DNA of 64,000 nt from Geosiphon pyriformis uo1 (GCA_016748015.1 JAAOMT010000003.1:1182373-1246372); one strand, 5' to 3'; numbered from the stretch's first letter, positions 43,701 through 54,656 are shown. Numbers and translations are program-made. Notes: generated from the letters alone by a model not told the origin.

Positions 43701-46700
43701 GACTATCTGTGGATATAGAACTGATAAGAGTCCCTTTGGGAATTTCAATGACATCTTCTGTTGGGTTGTGAATGGGGATTTTGAAGTGTTTATGGGCTTT
43801 GGCCAGTAGGTATAGATTAGCAACATCAGCTAAGGAACAGATTTTGGGACTGGCTTTGAATAATAGGGCTTGATCTTGGATCTTTCGATTCACCTTGAGG
43901 ATGTATTGTCAATATAGGAGAATGGAGATGATGGTGTCGGTGTAGATAAATTCTATCTGGTTACTGTCTTCCTCCATGAAATTAACTGGTATGTTTCTTC
44001 TTCCACTTGATCCAAACCCATTGATTCCTCGGGCAGTGAGGTCTAACTCTTCTCGGATTGTTACCAGGGTTAATTGGAGTATTTTGACTAGGGGTAGGAA
44101 AATAGCTTGGGCAATCTTTTCTTGTGATTCTATTTTGTAGGGTCTGTTCAAATTGTTTTGTAGCATCACGATGATGTTTTCCATGTAACCGGCATCAATG
44201 ATTCCTCCTTTTATGTTGATTCCTTTTTTGGCTAGACTAGATTGAAAGGCAACTTGTATCATTGTACTAACAGAAATTTCTAATGCTATCTTAAGATCTA
44301 TTTTTACAAGAGAATGTGGGGCTATAATAATGGGTGATTGTCCAGGGTATTGTAGGTTGAAACTGGCATCAGTGTCATGTACTCTTTCGGGGCAGATTCT
44401 TTCCTCATTGTTACTGTACCATTTTAGCTCTAGTTCTTTGGATAAGTCAAGATATGTGAGATACTGTTCTGTTTCAGTATCCTCAGTTGGATCTTGAAAC
44501 ATGTCCTTGATAATCAATACCTCTTCTTCGGATTCAGGTAGTTTGGTGATTAGAAACAGTATTCTTGGAAGTGAATTGAACATGAGATCACATTCATCGC
44601 AGTACTGGAAGTGACAGGGGATCAAACAGTGATTGCATAGTTTGGTATTCAAATCGGCCAATCTTTGCTCCTGTTCCTCACAAGTTGGGGTTAATTCCTG
44701 ATATCAGTTCTAAAATGCGTCTGGGTCATCTGTAAAGAAATCATCCTCAGGGTAGTCAGGTCCAGTATATTCGGGTGTCCAAGAGTTGTCCTTAATTTCT
44801 CATATTTCTTCGGGCATGGTGCTTTCAGCCTTGGCACTTGCCATTCTCCAGATTTCGTGGTCATCATGTGGATAACCATCTAGCCTGTTGAGTGTTCGTT
44901 TCCAAGTGTCCTCGATGAGGGTTCCCTTTCATACTCAATCATTGATTAATATGGTGTATTGACAAGCCTCGTCACATGTTCTTCCTCTGCCAGGCACATC
45001 ATTCCAGAGTCCTTCATCTGGCAGGATTTTACCACATACGAGGCACGGCATGTGGTCCCACTTGCCTTGTCGTTTTGGTCGTCCAAATCTTTTCAGTAAA
45101 CAAGGTCTGCAATAGTATTTGGTGGTGGTGGGCCATTTTTTGTTGTTCCCGATACATGTGCCCATAGTAGATAATTTTTTTTTACAATTGACACATATTA
45201 GTCTTGGGAGTTAGTAAAATAAGTTTCTTTGGTCCGAGGTTACATATCCTAGTGATAACAATTGGGGTTCTTCTTCGGCTCTGCCTTTTTCTTTTTCTTT
45301 CCAGGTTGATGGTGGAGGTAGTTCAGTTTAATAATCATCCACCCATGAAACCTGATAAGTCTCGATGGTTGGTGGCATTGATGTGTCTTTGAATTCAATA
45401 AGGGGTTCCTTGGTACGTTGGTTTTTAAAGTGTCCGCACATAGCTGGGACTTGGGCATGCTGTCCGTTGAACATGAGTTGAAGTTCTTAGGTGTTCCAGT
45501 CGAGAGTAGCGTTGGCTTTTGACAACCAGTCATTTCCTACTAGAGCTTGATATTGAGTAGTTTCCATGATGAGTACTTTGGTAGGAATTTGGATTCCATT
45601 AATCTCAAAGGGGAAGTTGTCAATTTCTCCTATTAGGGTTTTTGTGTTTCTATCCGCTGTAATGATCTGGGCAGTAGCAGCATAGTCTACTTGGCGACCT
45701 AGTTGGTCCATGAACTGCTTCGTAATTATGCTACCAGCTGATCCACTATCCAGAATTAATTTAATGTCTATTCCTCCGACTCTGACATCGGTGTATAGGG
45801 CCATTATTGGTTTATCTTGATTGATAGCTGCTCTACTAAAAAGGCTATGTGTGTTCAAATTATCGATGTCAAAAAGAAATATGGCGGCTAGGATGGTGTT
45901 TTTGGTAATAGTGGCTGGTGGGATATTGTTTTTTGTTTGCTTGGAAGGTTGGGAGATTCGTTCTATATCCCCCTCTTTCACAGATGTAGATTTATCAAAA
46001 CCCTGGTCTTCCATAAGACTGAGATAGGAAGCTTGATTCGGGTATTCAGTTGGTGTTGGTCGAGATTGGGCAGGACCACGAGGGATTGATTGAGATGGTC
46101 CACTGTTGGTTTGCACCTGATTGTTGTTGGAATTCCTCCATCCCTGATTATAGTCTATAGCTCAAGATTTGAATGGGCTGTAAGAGAAAGTTTGATAGTG
46201 AGGGATTGCTTGTGTCATTGGTGGTGGTTGATAATAATTCTGGGGCGGTGGTTGAGTATACGGGACTTGTTGTGCATATAAGAGTGGTTGATTCTGAGGT
46301 ATGGAATATTGGGATACCATGTTTTGCTAATATCTGGATTGCTGGTATGGGTTTCCTTGATTTTGGTCCATGATCTTCCTTCTGCAGTTATGGGTAATGT
46401 ATTCAGATTTCTGGCAGTAGTAGCAGTTGCAGAGATCGGATCTCCAAGGTTGTTGCTATTGCTAACAGTTCTGTTGCTGTGGGTATCTGCTGTTCTTGTT
46501 ATTTTCTCTCCATTGGGGTGGTTGGTAAGTTCCTGTAGTTCCGGCTAAGATCCCTCAATTTTCTGAGTTAGTTTCTCACTCAATTGGATTATCTTTGCGT
46601 CAATGTCAGAGGTTCCGTTAATGGCTAAATTAACAGCTTAGGTATGGTTCGCTTCTTGTTCTGCAGACTCAAAATTGCGAGCGAAAGTGATGGCGTCTTG

Positions 46701-47990
46701 TAAACTGGTCGGATGGCGAAGTCTTACAGATCTTAGAATACTACTCCACAATCCTTTAATGAATTAATTAAGAACTTGCGCCGTGGTGTAGTAGTCCCTT
46801 TTGATAGCTAATATTTGATGCAGAATTTAATTGAATCATCCGAAATAAGTAGTTACTGCTTCATGATCTTTTTGTTTAATTATGTTGAATTGATTCTGCA
46901 ATCGGATTAACATATTGGGATCACAGAAGTATTACAGAAATGCGAGTTTAAACTCGGTAAAGGAGGTAGGCTTCTCTGTCAGGCTCTGATAGCACGAATC
47001 GGCAGTTCCAGTCAGAAAAAATGACAGTACCTGAACTGTGTGGTCATCGTTCCAACCATTAGTAGTAATTGCTTTCTTGGCATCCACAATCCAAGAATAT
47101 GCATTATCTTCTTCACCAGAGAATTTTTCCAATTTAGCAATATCCCGGTAAGCCATGATTCAGTTAATGGGTGAGGTATTACTGGTTATGTTTAAAGAGA
47201 TTGGTGTCCGCGTATTCGAGTACTCTCTGGATGCTAATACTGGTTGCTTTCTTTTGTCACTTGAACCAATAGGTTGTAAGATAGCTGTTTCTTCCATCAG
47301 GGGAGATGCTGATTCTGCTAGGTTTTGTGCTAGTGGCTGTTCCCAAGTTGATGGGTTTCCTTTTGTTTGACCAACTGCTGAGGTAAGATTTCCAAAGAGT
47401 GATCCGTATTCTCCTAGTAATTTGGTCCAACTGTGTTGATTCCAAGGGTGTGGATTTCCAGGAGTTTGTGGTATTTCTGACTGGGTTTCTGGGGATGGGT
47501 TGAATACAATTCTACTTTGGGGTGTCTGATGGTATGATGGAGTTGTTGGAGAGAGGACTCTTGGTTTCTTGTTGACTATGGACTTGGCTTGGGCAGTTAC
47601 GGGGTTGTTGGATTCATTTTCATATTCCTCAGGGTCGGATTCCACTGGTTGTTGTACTTGAGGGAATTGTTGTGCCAAGTAATATTTAATGTCTGTATCG
47701 ATTATGCACAGAGTTTTAGCGATTGCTCAGGTAGTCGTGGCTGTTGAGTATCCTAGTAAGCTTTGATGAATTTGTTCTCCAAGTCTTCTTGTATCAGTTG
47801 TGCAGCCTAACAAGCAGTCAATTTTTGCATTGATATAGTTACAAAAATCACTTTCTGTATAAGCAGTTCCTGCTGGTATTCCTAGGTCTTTTCGAAAGTA
47901 TTAAAATAGTGCTTTTCCATACGAGGAGTGGTTCTTTCCTATTGTTCCAATAGTTGCCACTTTTATGTATTTTTGGAGGTGCTCTGTTTC
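40796..47990 (-). pseudogene. Gag-Pol polyprotein of Gypsy-C
   Basis: Consecutive ORF fragments in the order gag, PR, Cys-rich, dUTPase, RT, RNase H, IN. Stops are mostly explicable as CAA/CGA/CAG/TGG transitions, plus two small indels. Confidence 0.92.
44000..44430 (-). pseudogene. Trimeric dUTPase domain within Pol of Gypsy-C
   Basis: Motifs I-V: 'DASFNL', 'QSS', 'GIIDAGY', 'KIAQ', 'RGINGFGSSG'. Confidence 0.92.
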
Positions 47991-48003
47991 TGTGAATTTA
48001 TAA

Positions 48004-48020
48004 CCTCACAGGGAGCACCA
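48004..48020 (-). promoter_or_regulatory. Primer-binding site of Gypsy-C
   Basis: TGGTGCTCCCTGTGAGG, 2 nt downstream of the 5' LTR, complementary to a tRNA 3' end (...CCUCACAGGGAGCRCCA). Confidence 0.88.
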
Positions 48021-48022
48021 AA

Positions 48023-49115
48023 TATTACAGATAAACTTGGTGGGTATGGGAAATAGTAACGTTTGGTGCTCTCAATTATTAATGATGCATCTTCCACATA
48101 ATTTTGTTGGCTTAGTCTTGATTATCAGTCTCTGAAGGTCTATTCCTGGATGTAAATTTTATCCATTGAGTTCTTTGGTTATAAGGCACAGAGTTTGTCT
48201 TTCATTGATTGCAATGTTTTTCGTAAATGTGAGCTTTCTTTCCCAAGCTAACAAGCGCAGTCATTAGGGTCTGGCATTGTCTTTTCACTCTTCTGGTAAG
48301 CTAACAAGATAATGTTAATATCCAAAACTTAGGGGGAGCTTCCCTCTTTTGCCAGGCTATCACAAAATCTATTTCCAGACAGTTAATTTTACTATGTTGC
48401 CACTCCACAAAAAATAAGACAGAAAAAGAAAAAAAAAGAAAAAGAAAAGAAAAGAAAAGAGAAAAAAAATAAATTAGTATTGTCAATCACCGTGATCAAG
48501 AGTGATTGGTCCAAATTGTTAATAGGTTTGAGGTGGTTATGCTAAGAGCATCTGTTCTAGAACAGAGGTATGAGACAAGGGTTAATTCACGTAAATTCCA
48601 CAAAGTTTGAGAACATGAATTCGTGATTCTAATTTCTTTTAATAATTGGTTTATTTTAAGAGATGAAATAGGGAAGATAATAAAAGATGAAGAGGTATGG
48701 ATATTTTAATTTTTGGTCTAGAGGTTCGTATCTATTTTTTTCTTCTCTGTCCTTTCTCACTTTTACAACTACTTGCTTTTATACATTTTTTTGGTTTTAC
48801 AGGATTGCTTTCAATTGTCTCGCTATCGCTAGCTATTGCTTTGTTGTTTCTGTTATTGCTTTGTTTTTCTATGTTATCGCTAATTATCCTATGTTATAAC
48901 ACATTATCTGACGTTATTACATGTTATTCTGTGTTATCCTGCGTTATAACACATTATCCTATATTATTGTACGCTATTCTGTGTTATCCTGCGTTATAAC
49001 ACGTTATTCAACATTATAATGCATTATCCAACATTATTGCACGTTATTCTGTGTTATGTCATGTTTTGGTCAAATTTCTTCATAACTTTAGATCAGTTTT
49101 TCTACGTGTGTAACA
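48023..49115 (-). repeat. 5' LTR of Gypsy-C (1093 bp) with a U3 10-bp tandem array (48880-49059)
   Basis: Direct repeat of 38918-39966, with NNYRTTATNN units at a 10-bp period. Confidence 0.95.
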
Positions 49116-49591
49116 CCAACTATTCTTTTACTTGCGCTCATAAGTCTGGTGTTTGTAATGAGATCTTGGCTGAGGCATTTGCCTATTGGTCTGTTTTGGC
49201 TGGTGTTTCTGGTTCTTCTGCTTCTACCATACTATGGGTTTTATTTCAATGTTTTATCGACATTGGGCTGTACACTTTGATTTGCAAAGAGTTTGTGTTG
49301 AATGAGTAATATAAGGAGACATGTAGTGTTTTCAATGATAGGAAGGTGGCTGTTGCTCAGATTACTGACTTTGTAAGATTTGTTGTAAGATTACACCATG
49401 CTAAAATATGGTTGATAAGATCTAATTACTGGGTGAAGATAAAGAAGGCTGGTTTGGTTCATAATGGTGGTGTTGTTTTTAGGCTTGCTCATGGGGTGTC
49501 TTCGGTTTTGTCTGATGGTATTGTTAGGTTGCTTGGTTTGGCTGAGTCTTTTGCTGTTTGCTTTGGTCATCAAAGACCATGTGGTTTTTTT

Positions 49592-49709
49592 TCTGGTCTG
49601 AGTGGTAATGTGTTGGTTAATATAGGTGTGTAGTGTTGTCTTGTCTGATCTGAGTGGTAATGTGTTGGTTAATATAGGTGTGTAGTGTTGCCTTGTCTGG
49701 TCTGAGTGG
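49592..49709 (+). repeat. 52-bp tandem duplication across the LINE-b ORF2 stop and 3'UTR
   Basis: TCTGRTCTGAGTGG occurs at 49592, 49644 and 49696, and the intervening sequence is duplicated. Confidence 0.9.
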
Positions 49710-49949
49710 CTAGCCACATGTAAAAAATACGTGAGTCATGTTTAGTTTGGGCCTTTTAATTTGGCTCTTTGTACTAGATAGTAATTGGACTTTATTTATT
49801 AAACACGTAATAAAAAAAAAAATTAAATAGCAATTTTTGATTAAATAATAAGTGATAATTTGAATAATAATAATATATGCTAATTAATAATAGAAATTAT
49901 AAGGTAATTTTATGCTAATTAATGACTAAAATTCTACTGGTAATAATAT

Positions 49950-50330
49950 CTTTTATTTCTAAAAAAATAATATTAATTGTAACAAATTTGACTAATGATT
50001 ATGGTGTTGTAATAAACATTAATTTTAAGCAATTAATAAACAATTATTATGAAAAAAATTTCTGTGGAAACATTTGTAAAGACTGTATAAGCTATACTTA
50101 TTAACTATTATACTATTAAGTCAATTAAAATACAATTGGTAAATTTATAGCAGAAAACAATATTATAGAATAGTTTTTTTGATTATTTTAATTGTTGATA
50201 TTCTGTTTTAATTACAATTAGTTTCTTGTAAATTATTTAATTTTATTTGTATAAGAATATTAATATTTATACTAAAAACTTTTTCTTAATATTATATATA
50301 AGTTATTTCTTAATTCTTAATTATTATATA
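49950..50330 (+). mobile_element. LINE-a ORF1 continuation (eroded)
   Basis: 'MKKISVETFVKTV*AIL...IKSIKIQLVNL*QK' resembles the RRM-like ORF1 segment 'LHDVLLGVSAANIKTVL...AGIWQY' of the ORF1-only element. In frame with 10380-10991. Confidence 0.65.
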
Positions 50331-51236
50331 TAAAATTTTAATTGAATTAAACTAAACTGAACTTTGGATGTTGTTTAAGTTTGGTTTAAATTATAAGCTG
50401 AACTTAAACTGAATCAATTTTTCAAAATAGGTTTGGTTTAAGTTTGGTATTAAACTTTTTTAACAAGTCTGAGTTTAGTTTAAGTTTGGTTCAAAGTTTA
50501 TAAACTGATTCAAGTTTGATGGAATTAAAAAAATATATAATTTGTACTACTTATTTATCAATTATTATTTTGTTTAATTATTATAGTTAATTAAAAAGAT
50601 ATATAAAACTATATATATATAACAATTTTACTTTCTAACTTACCAAAATGAATTCATTGTTAATATTATCTAATGTTACCAAAGATTTAAAATTCGAAAT
50701 AATGAAATTTGATAACTCAAATAGTCCAAATATTAATATATTTGGTAAATATAGTTTTTAGAGTAAAGTATAGGACTATTTTGATAAATTTGAATGAATA
50801 AAAAAAAACAGCTAAATATATAGTCTCAAAATGTATACATAAATCATTTTTTTATGGAATTATAGACATTATTAAATTTTTATAATATCATTTAAAGACT
50901 TTTTACCAGACAATATATGTTATAACAAAAAATATTATAAGAAAAGACAAAATGTTTAATGTTTTTAATTATAGATACAGAAATTATTAATAAGAAAATT
51001 AAATAATAATATAGTATAATATAATGTTTTTAATAGACAAATTTGAATATATTTATGAATTTTAAACCAAATTTAAACCAAATTTGTTATATATATTTAG
51101 ATTTAGTTCAAATTTAATAATTTTAAGTCTGGTTTAAGTTTAAGTTCAAAATTTTGCCAAATTTTTTGTTTAAATTTGGTTCAGTTTAGTAGTTTGATTA
51201 AACTTGAACTGAACTAAACCAAACATCAGAATTCTA
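50331..51236 (+). mobile_element. Non-autonomous internally deleted hAT (~0.9 kb), same family as 21536-27080
   Basis: TIR-like ends TAAAATTTTAAT/ATCAGAATTCTA. The left part matches the reverse complement of 26520-27080 and the right part that of 21540-21790, with the junction at ~50955. Confidence 0.88.
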
Positions 51237-51885
51237 TTAGATCATGTTTTTATTTATTCAAAAAATGCTTTTATGAACTTTGAAATCTTGTTAAATTATA
51301 TTAAGTTGTAAAAAATTTTAATAAAGTATTGTTTTTTGTTAACATCTTCAATACTGTGTATTCTTTTTTTAGAAGCATCAAATATTGGTATTTATAAAGT
51401 TTTATGCAAAAAGTTTGTTTTTAAAAACTAAATTAATAAACTGGTATTAATATTTGATGATAAAAAAAAGATTGTATTAATAATGGCTAATTTTATCTGT
51501 TATTTAACTAAGAAAGATTATTGTAAGTTGTAAAATATTAGGTCAAAATACAGAATTAATATATAAAAAAGTGATTTAATTGTCAATAAAGAAGTATTGT
51601 TTAAGTTGTATAATGATTTATCTGGTTTTTTGTTAATGAAAATAGTTTATTTGCTTAATATTATTGAATTTTTTGCTGTTAGTTTTGAATTGTGTAAAGT
51701 TTGCTTGTTTTTTTAGAGTTGAATAATAATTTAGAGATTAGTATAAATGTATAATATAATTTTAATTAGCTTAAGTGACTAGTTATGTGTAGTAAGTACA
51801 TGAGTCATATTTAGTTTGAATTACTTAATTTGTTTTTGTATATTAGATAGTAATTGGGCTGTACTCATTAATAATAATAATAAAA
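51237..51885 (+). mobile_element. Eroded LINE 3' end (ORF2 C-terminus, 3'UTR, (TAA)n), probably LINE-a
   Basis: 'DHVF', 'GIYKVLCKKFVFK', a 3'UTR similar to 49690-49810, and a TAA tail at ~51870. Confidence 0.75.
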
Positions 51886-52396
51886 ATAAATAAATATTTA
51901 AAATTAAAATTCTTAATAATAATAATAATTAACTGGCTTAACAATGCAATTTATAGTTAATAAAATTAAGCTGTATAAAAATAGTTAATAATTAAACTAC
52001 ATTTGTAAGATTATAAAAAGCATTAAAAATAACAATTAATTATATAATAATATAAAAACTAAAAATTAAAAAGCAGCCCCTGAAAGTCTGATAATATATT
52101 TTTCAAAATAACCCCTGTTTTGTTTTGTAAGGCTATTAGTGTGGCTTACCACAGGTTGATCGTGGATTACGAACAGAGTAATTGCTTCTCGAACTTGCGC
52201 GAATTTATAATTGCACTCTTCATATCGTGTTAGTTCATCCTTTTGAAAGCCGACGAAAGCGTAAAACATTTTAATTTTATAAGGTTGTATTATCAGTTTT
52301 TTACTACCTCCAACCCTTATTTAGGGTCTGTCTCTACCCAAACCTCCGGTTGACATTTTTTAAGCAGTCATTTTTATCGAAGAAAACTTCGTCGCA

Positions 52397-54184
52397 ATGT
52401 CGAATCAATCTGGTTTTAATAGTGCGACTGGAAATAATGGCACTCAAAATCCGTTCTGGTGCCACCAATGTCGACAAGAGATTGTTCCTCTAATGGCCCC
52501 GATACCGACCTGTCCACTTTGTAATGATGATTTCGTAGAAGAGGTTGACTTAATATTTATTGTCTCTTAAAAAATTTCCAAAAAAGTTCGAATCATCTTT
52601 ACCGTTGATTTGTTAGATGTAGGGCTGACCTTTTGAAATATTAATTCAAAAATTTACATTTAAAAATTTGCCTTAGATCTCAGAAGATAATGATCCAAGG
52701 GAGTTTGTTGACCAAACTGGTCATGAGCTTGAGACAGACGAAGAAACTGACGATGTTGGGAATACGCCGAATGGGAGCGCGGGGACTGCACCAAATGATG
52801 TTGTACAAATGGTAACAAACCTGATACAGTCAATGCTTGGGCCTCATGTACCCTTCCGCGTAGAGACAAGAACCTATGGTGATAATAATGAAGGGCCAAA
52901 TATCACAACCACAACCACCACCACCATAACGACTGATGCTGGGGCTACAACAACAACTACAACAACTAATGAACAGCCAGTAGGAGGTGAACAGAATCGC
53001 CCAAATGTTTTTTTTACAATGGGTACGAATCAAGGAAATGGTCAAGAAGGTGGTGAAGCTCGAGGAACTAATATGCCGCTCCTCAATCTCGCACAGTATG
53101 ATTTTGATTTGTGATAATTTTCATATTTTGGGACTTTGTAAAAAGTATTTATGACTGTTTTCTAACTATTAATTTAATTTAAAAAAAAAAGGATGTTACA
53201 TCGAGCATTTGGTGAAGGGGCCCAACAAGGAGGAATCACCCCCTGGATGAATGTGCTCAACATTGTTGGTGACCCACGGGATTATGTATGGGGTGCTGGA
53301 GGCCTGGATAATATAATCTCACAGTTAATGGAACAACAAGCTGGGTAATTGTTATTTCGTGAAATTATTTGCTGATTGTTCAATTTATTTGACCCTAGGC
53401 AGGAACACTAAAAAGCTACTTTACGTCAATTTTATGAATTAGAAGACAAGCTCCACCCCCCGCTTCCGACGAAATAATTAATAAATTACCAAAGGTGAAA
53501 ATCAACAAGACGCAAGTTGGTCAGTGTTCGTGGGGTTCCATTTTTGCCCACAAGGATTGATTAATTAAATTGACCGTAAGGTTTTGGTATTGGAAAACGA
53601 CAAACGCTGACCTATATTTGCTCTTAATGTCACTCCAAAAGTGGAGGAACAATTAAATTGCCCAGTTTGCAAAGATGATTTCAAGGAAGCAGAAGAAGCT
53701 ACCACTCTTCCCTGTAAGCATGCATTCCATGATGAATGCATCAGACCGTGGCTGAAAATGAATGGGACATGTCCTGTATGGTACGTAAAAACCTCCGAAG
53801 TTTTGTTATTTTGAAAGGATGGACATTTAATTTTTTTTTTTGAATAGTCGGTATTCACTAGTCCAGCAAGATGGCGGAGGAAATGACCAAAATCGAAATG
53901 ATGGAAGTAGTAGTTCCGGTGCTTTCAATGGAAATATTTTCACTGGCAACGGAACAAATGGCAATTTCAATGGGAATGGGACTAGCGCTAACGGAAACTT
54001 TAACAGTGGCTCATTTAACGGTAATTTCAATGGAAATACAACGTCTTCATCTCAGTCTCAAACAAACTGGAATTTACCAGGAGCGTATCCTTCCCAAAAT
54101 CCAAATGCACAGCGCAATAATCGACAAACAGATCGCGACTCAGTTTATGATGTCACTGATATTGAATTTGAACCGTTAGACTGA
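52397..54184 (+). CDS. RNF115/RNF126-like RING-H2 E3 ubiquitin ligase (multi-exon)
   Basis: N-terminal zinc ribbon 'FWCHQC...CPLCNDDFVEE', 'DYVWGAGGLDNIISQLME', 'PPPASDEII', RING-H2 'CPVCKDDF...[26 protein letters not shown]', and an N/G-rich tail. Confidence 0.92.
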
Positions 54185-54656
54185 AATTGGAAATGAAGAA
54201 AATAATCCCACATCATGAACGAAGGGAATGTGCTGCTTTAACTCGTCTCCTATACCATGCTTTCCATAATCCTTTATATATATTATTATTTTTCTAGTTA
54301 CAATGAACTCTTGGTTTACTTACAAATTGCTTCAATTCTTTTGGGCTCTTTGCTTGTATCATCTGTAGAGTTTTTATTCCGTCTTCGGTTCGCTTTTTTG
54401 CTATAAAAAACATTTTTCTACAATGGCATAAAATAAGTGCCAAATTATCTATTTTTACCCTTTTTAAGCACAATCAACTATTTAAATGTGCATAGTGGTT
54501 TGTGCCCCTTTACATTTTATGATAATGATAATTTAAATCGAAATCTGCAGTTTTAGACATAATCTTTCTCAAATTTCAAGAAATTCCATGTTTGACTAGC
54601 AAAAAGTACCGCAAAATGTGATCTTTGAGTCTATCCCGGGGGTAATGGCACTTCAG

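Larger units (their letters stand above)
38918..49115 (-). mobile_element. Ty3/gypsy LTR retrotransposon C, full-length (gag-PR-Cys-rich-dUTPase-RT-RH-IN plus ORF3), inactivated by point mutations
   Basis: LTRs at 48023-49115 and 38918-39966. TSD CCGA (38914-38917)/CCAA (49116-49119). PBS, PPT, gag capsid 'LEKFSGEED...FIKGL', CCHC knuckle, protease 'LILDSGS', RT 'VYLDD', RNase H 'ATDVSK...AYASR', integrase HHCC/DDE/'WDGPF'. Confidence 0.96.
34266..49820 (+). mobile_element. LINE-b: 5'-truncated APE-type non-LTR retrotransposon (ORF1 C-terminus; ORF2 EN-RT-RNase H-Cys motif), interrupted by Gypsy-C
   Basis: EN 'CNIHGIN...METKL...GVAII...TIDYILV...DTNHRAV', RT 'WPIALIE...LDQGKVFSPLLWRIFYD...AFVDDTI', RNase H 'KLQAIAL...DSQAAI...VKGHSGVSENVEADLAA', 'CLLCSSVKFSD|YSFTC', 3'UTR and A-rich tail. 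12-bp TSD AATTAAATAGCA (34254-34265/49821-49832). Many premature stops. Confidence 0.93.
10992..49945 (-). mobile_element. Ty3/gypsy LTR retrotransposon A (degenerate, carrying multiple nested insertions)
   Basis: Same-orientation LTR copies at 10992-~11785 and 33426-34265 + 49833-49945 (TGTTAC...GGTAAYA ends). 4-bp TSD ACAT (10988-10991)/ATAT (49946-49949). Minus-strand remnants of gag (CCHC ~31050), protease 'LILDNEF' (~30440), dUTPase, RT (~27100-28300), RNase H (~21300-21530) and integrase 'DRIGIDLV' (20568-20879). Degenerate PBS at ~33407-33423. Confidence 0.85.
33426..49945 (-). repeat. 5' LTR of Gypsy-A, split into 33426-34265 and 49833-49945 by LINE-b
   Basis: The two parts join to give a sequence colinear with the solo LTR at 14783-15709. 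Adjacent to the degenerate PBS. Confidence 0.88.

Noticed and set aside
46535-46560. Programmed gag-pol frameshift in Gypsy-C
   Set aside because: The shift falls upstream of the Gag CCHC knuckle with no slippery heptamer. A 1-nt deletion (GGA TTC TTA > GGATCTTA) explains it, so gag-pol was probably a single ORF.
34766-47990. Alternative genetic code or stop readthrough to explain the many in-frame stops
   Set aside because: The stops sit at Trp/Gln/Arg positions and are one transition away from sense codons. Host genes use the standard code.
47985-48020. tRNA gene or tRNA fragment
   Set aside because: Only the 3' ~17 nt match a tRNA. It abuts the LTR, so it is the PBS.
53870-54060. Asn/Gly-rich repeat as a separate gene or repeat element
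   Set aside because: It is the low-complexity tail of the RING ligase's last exon. The overlapping ORFs in other frames are shadows.
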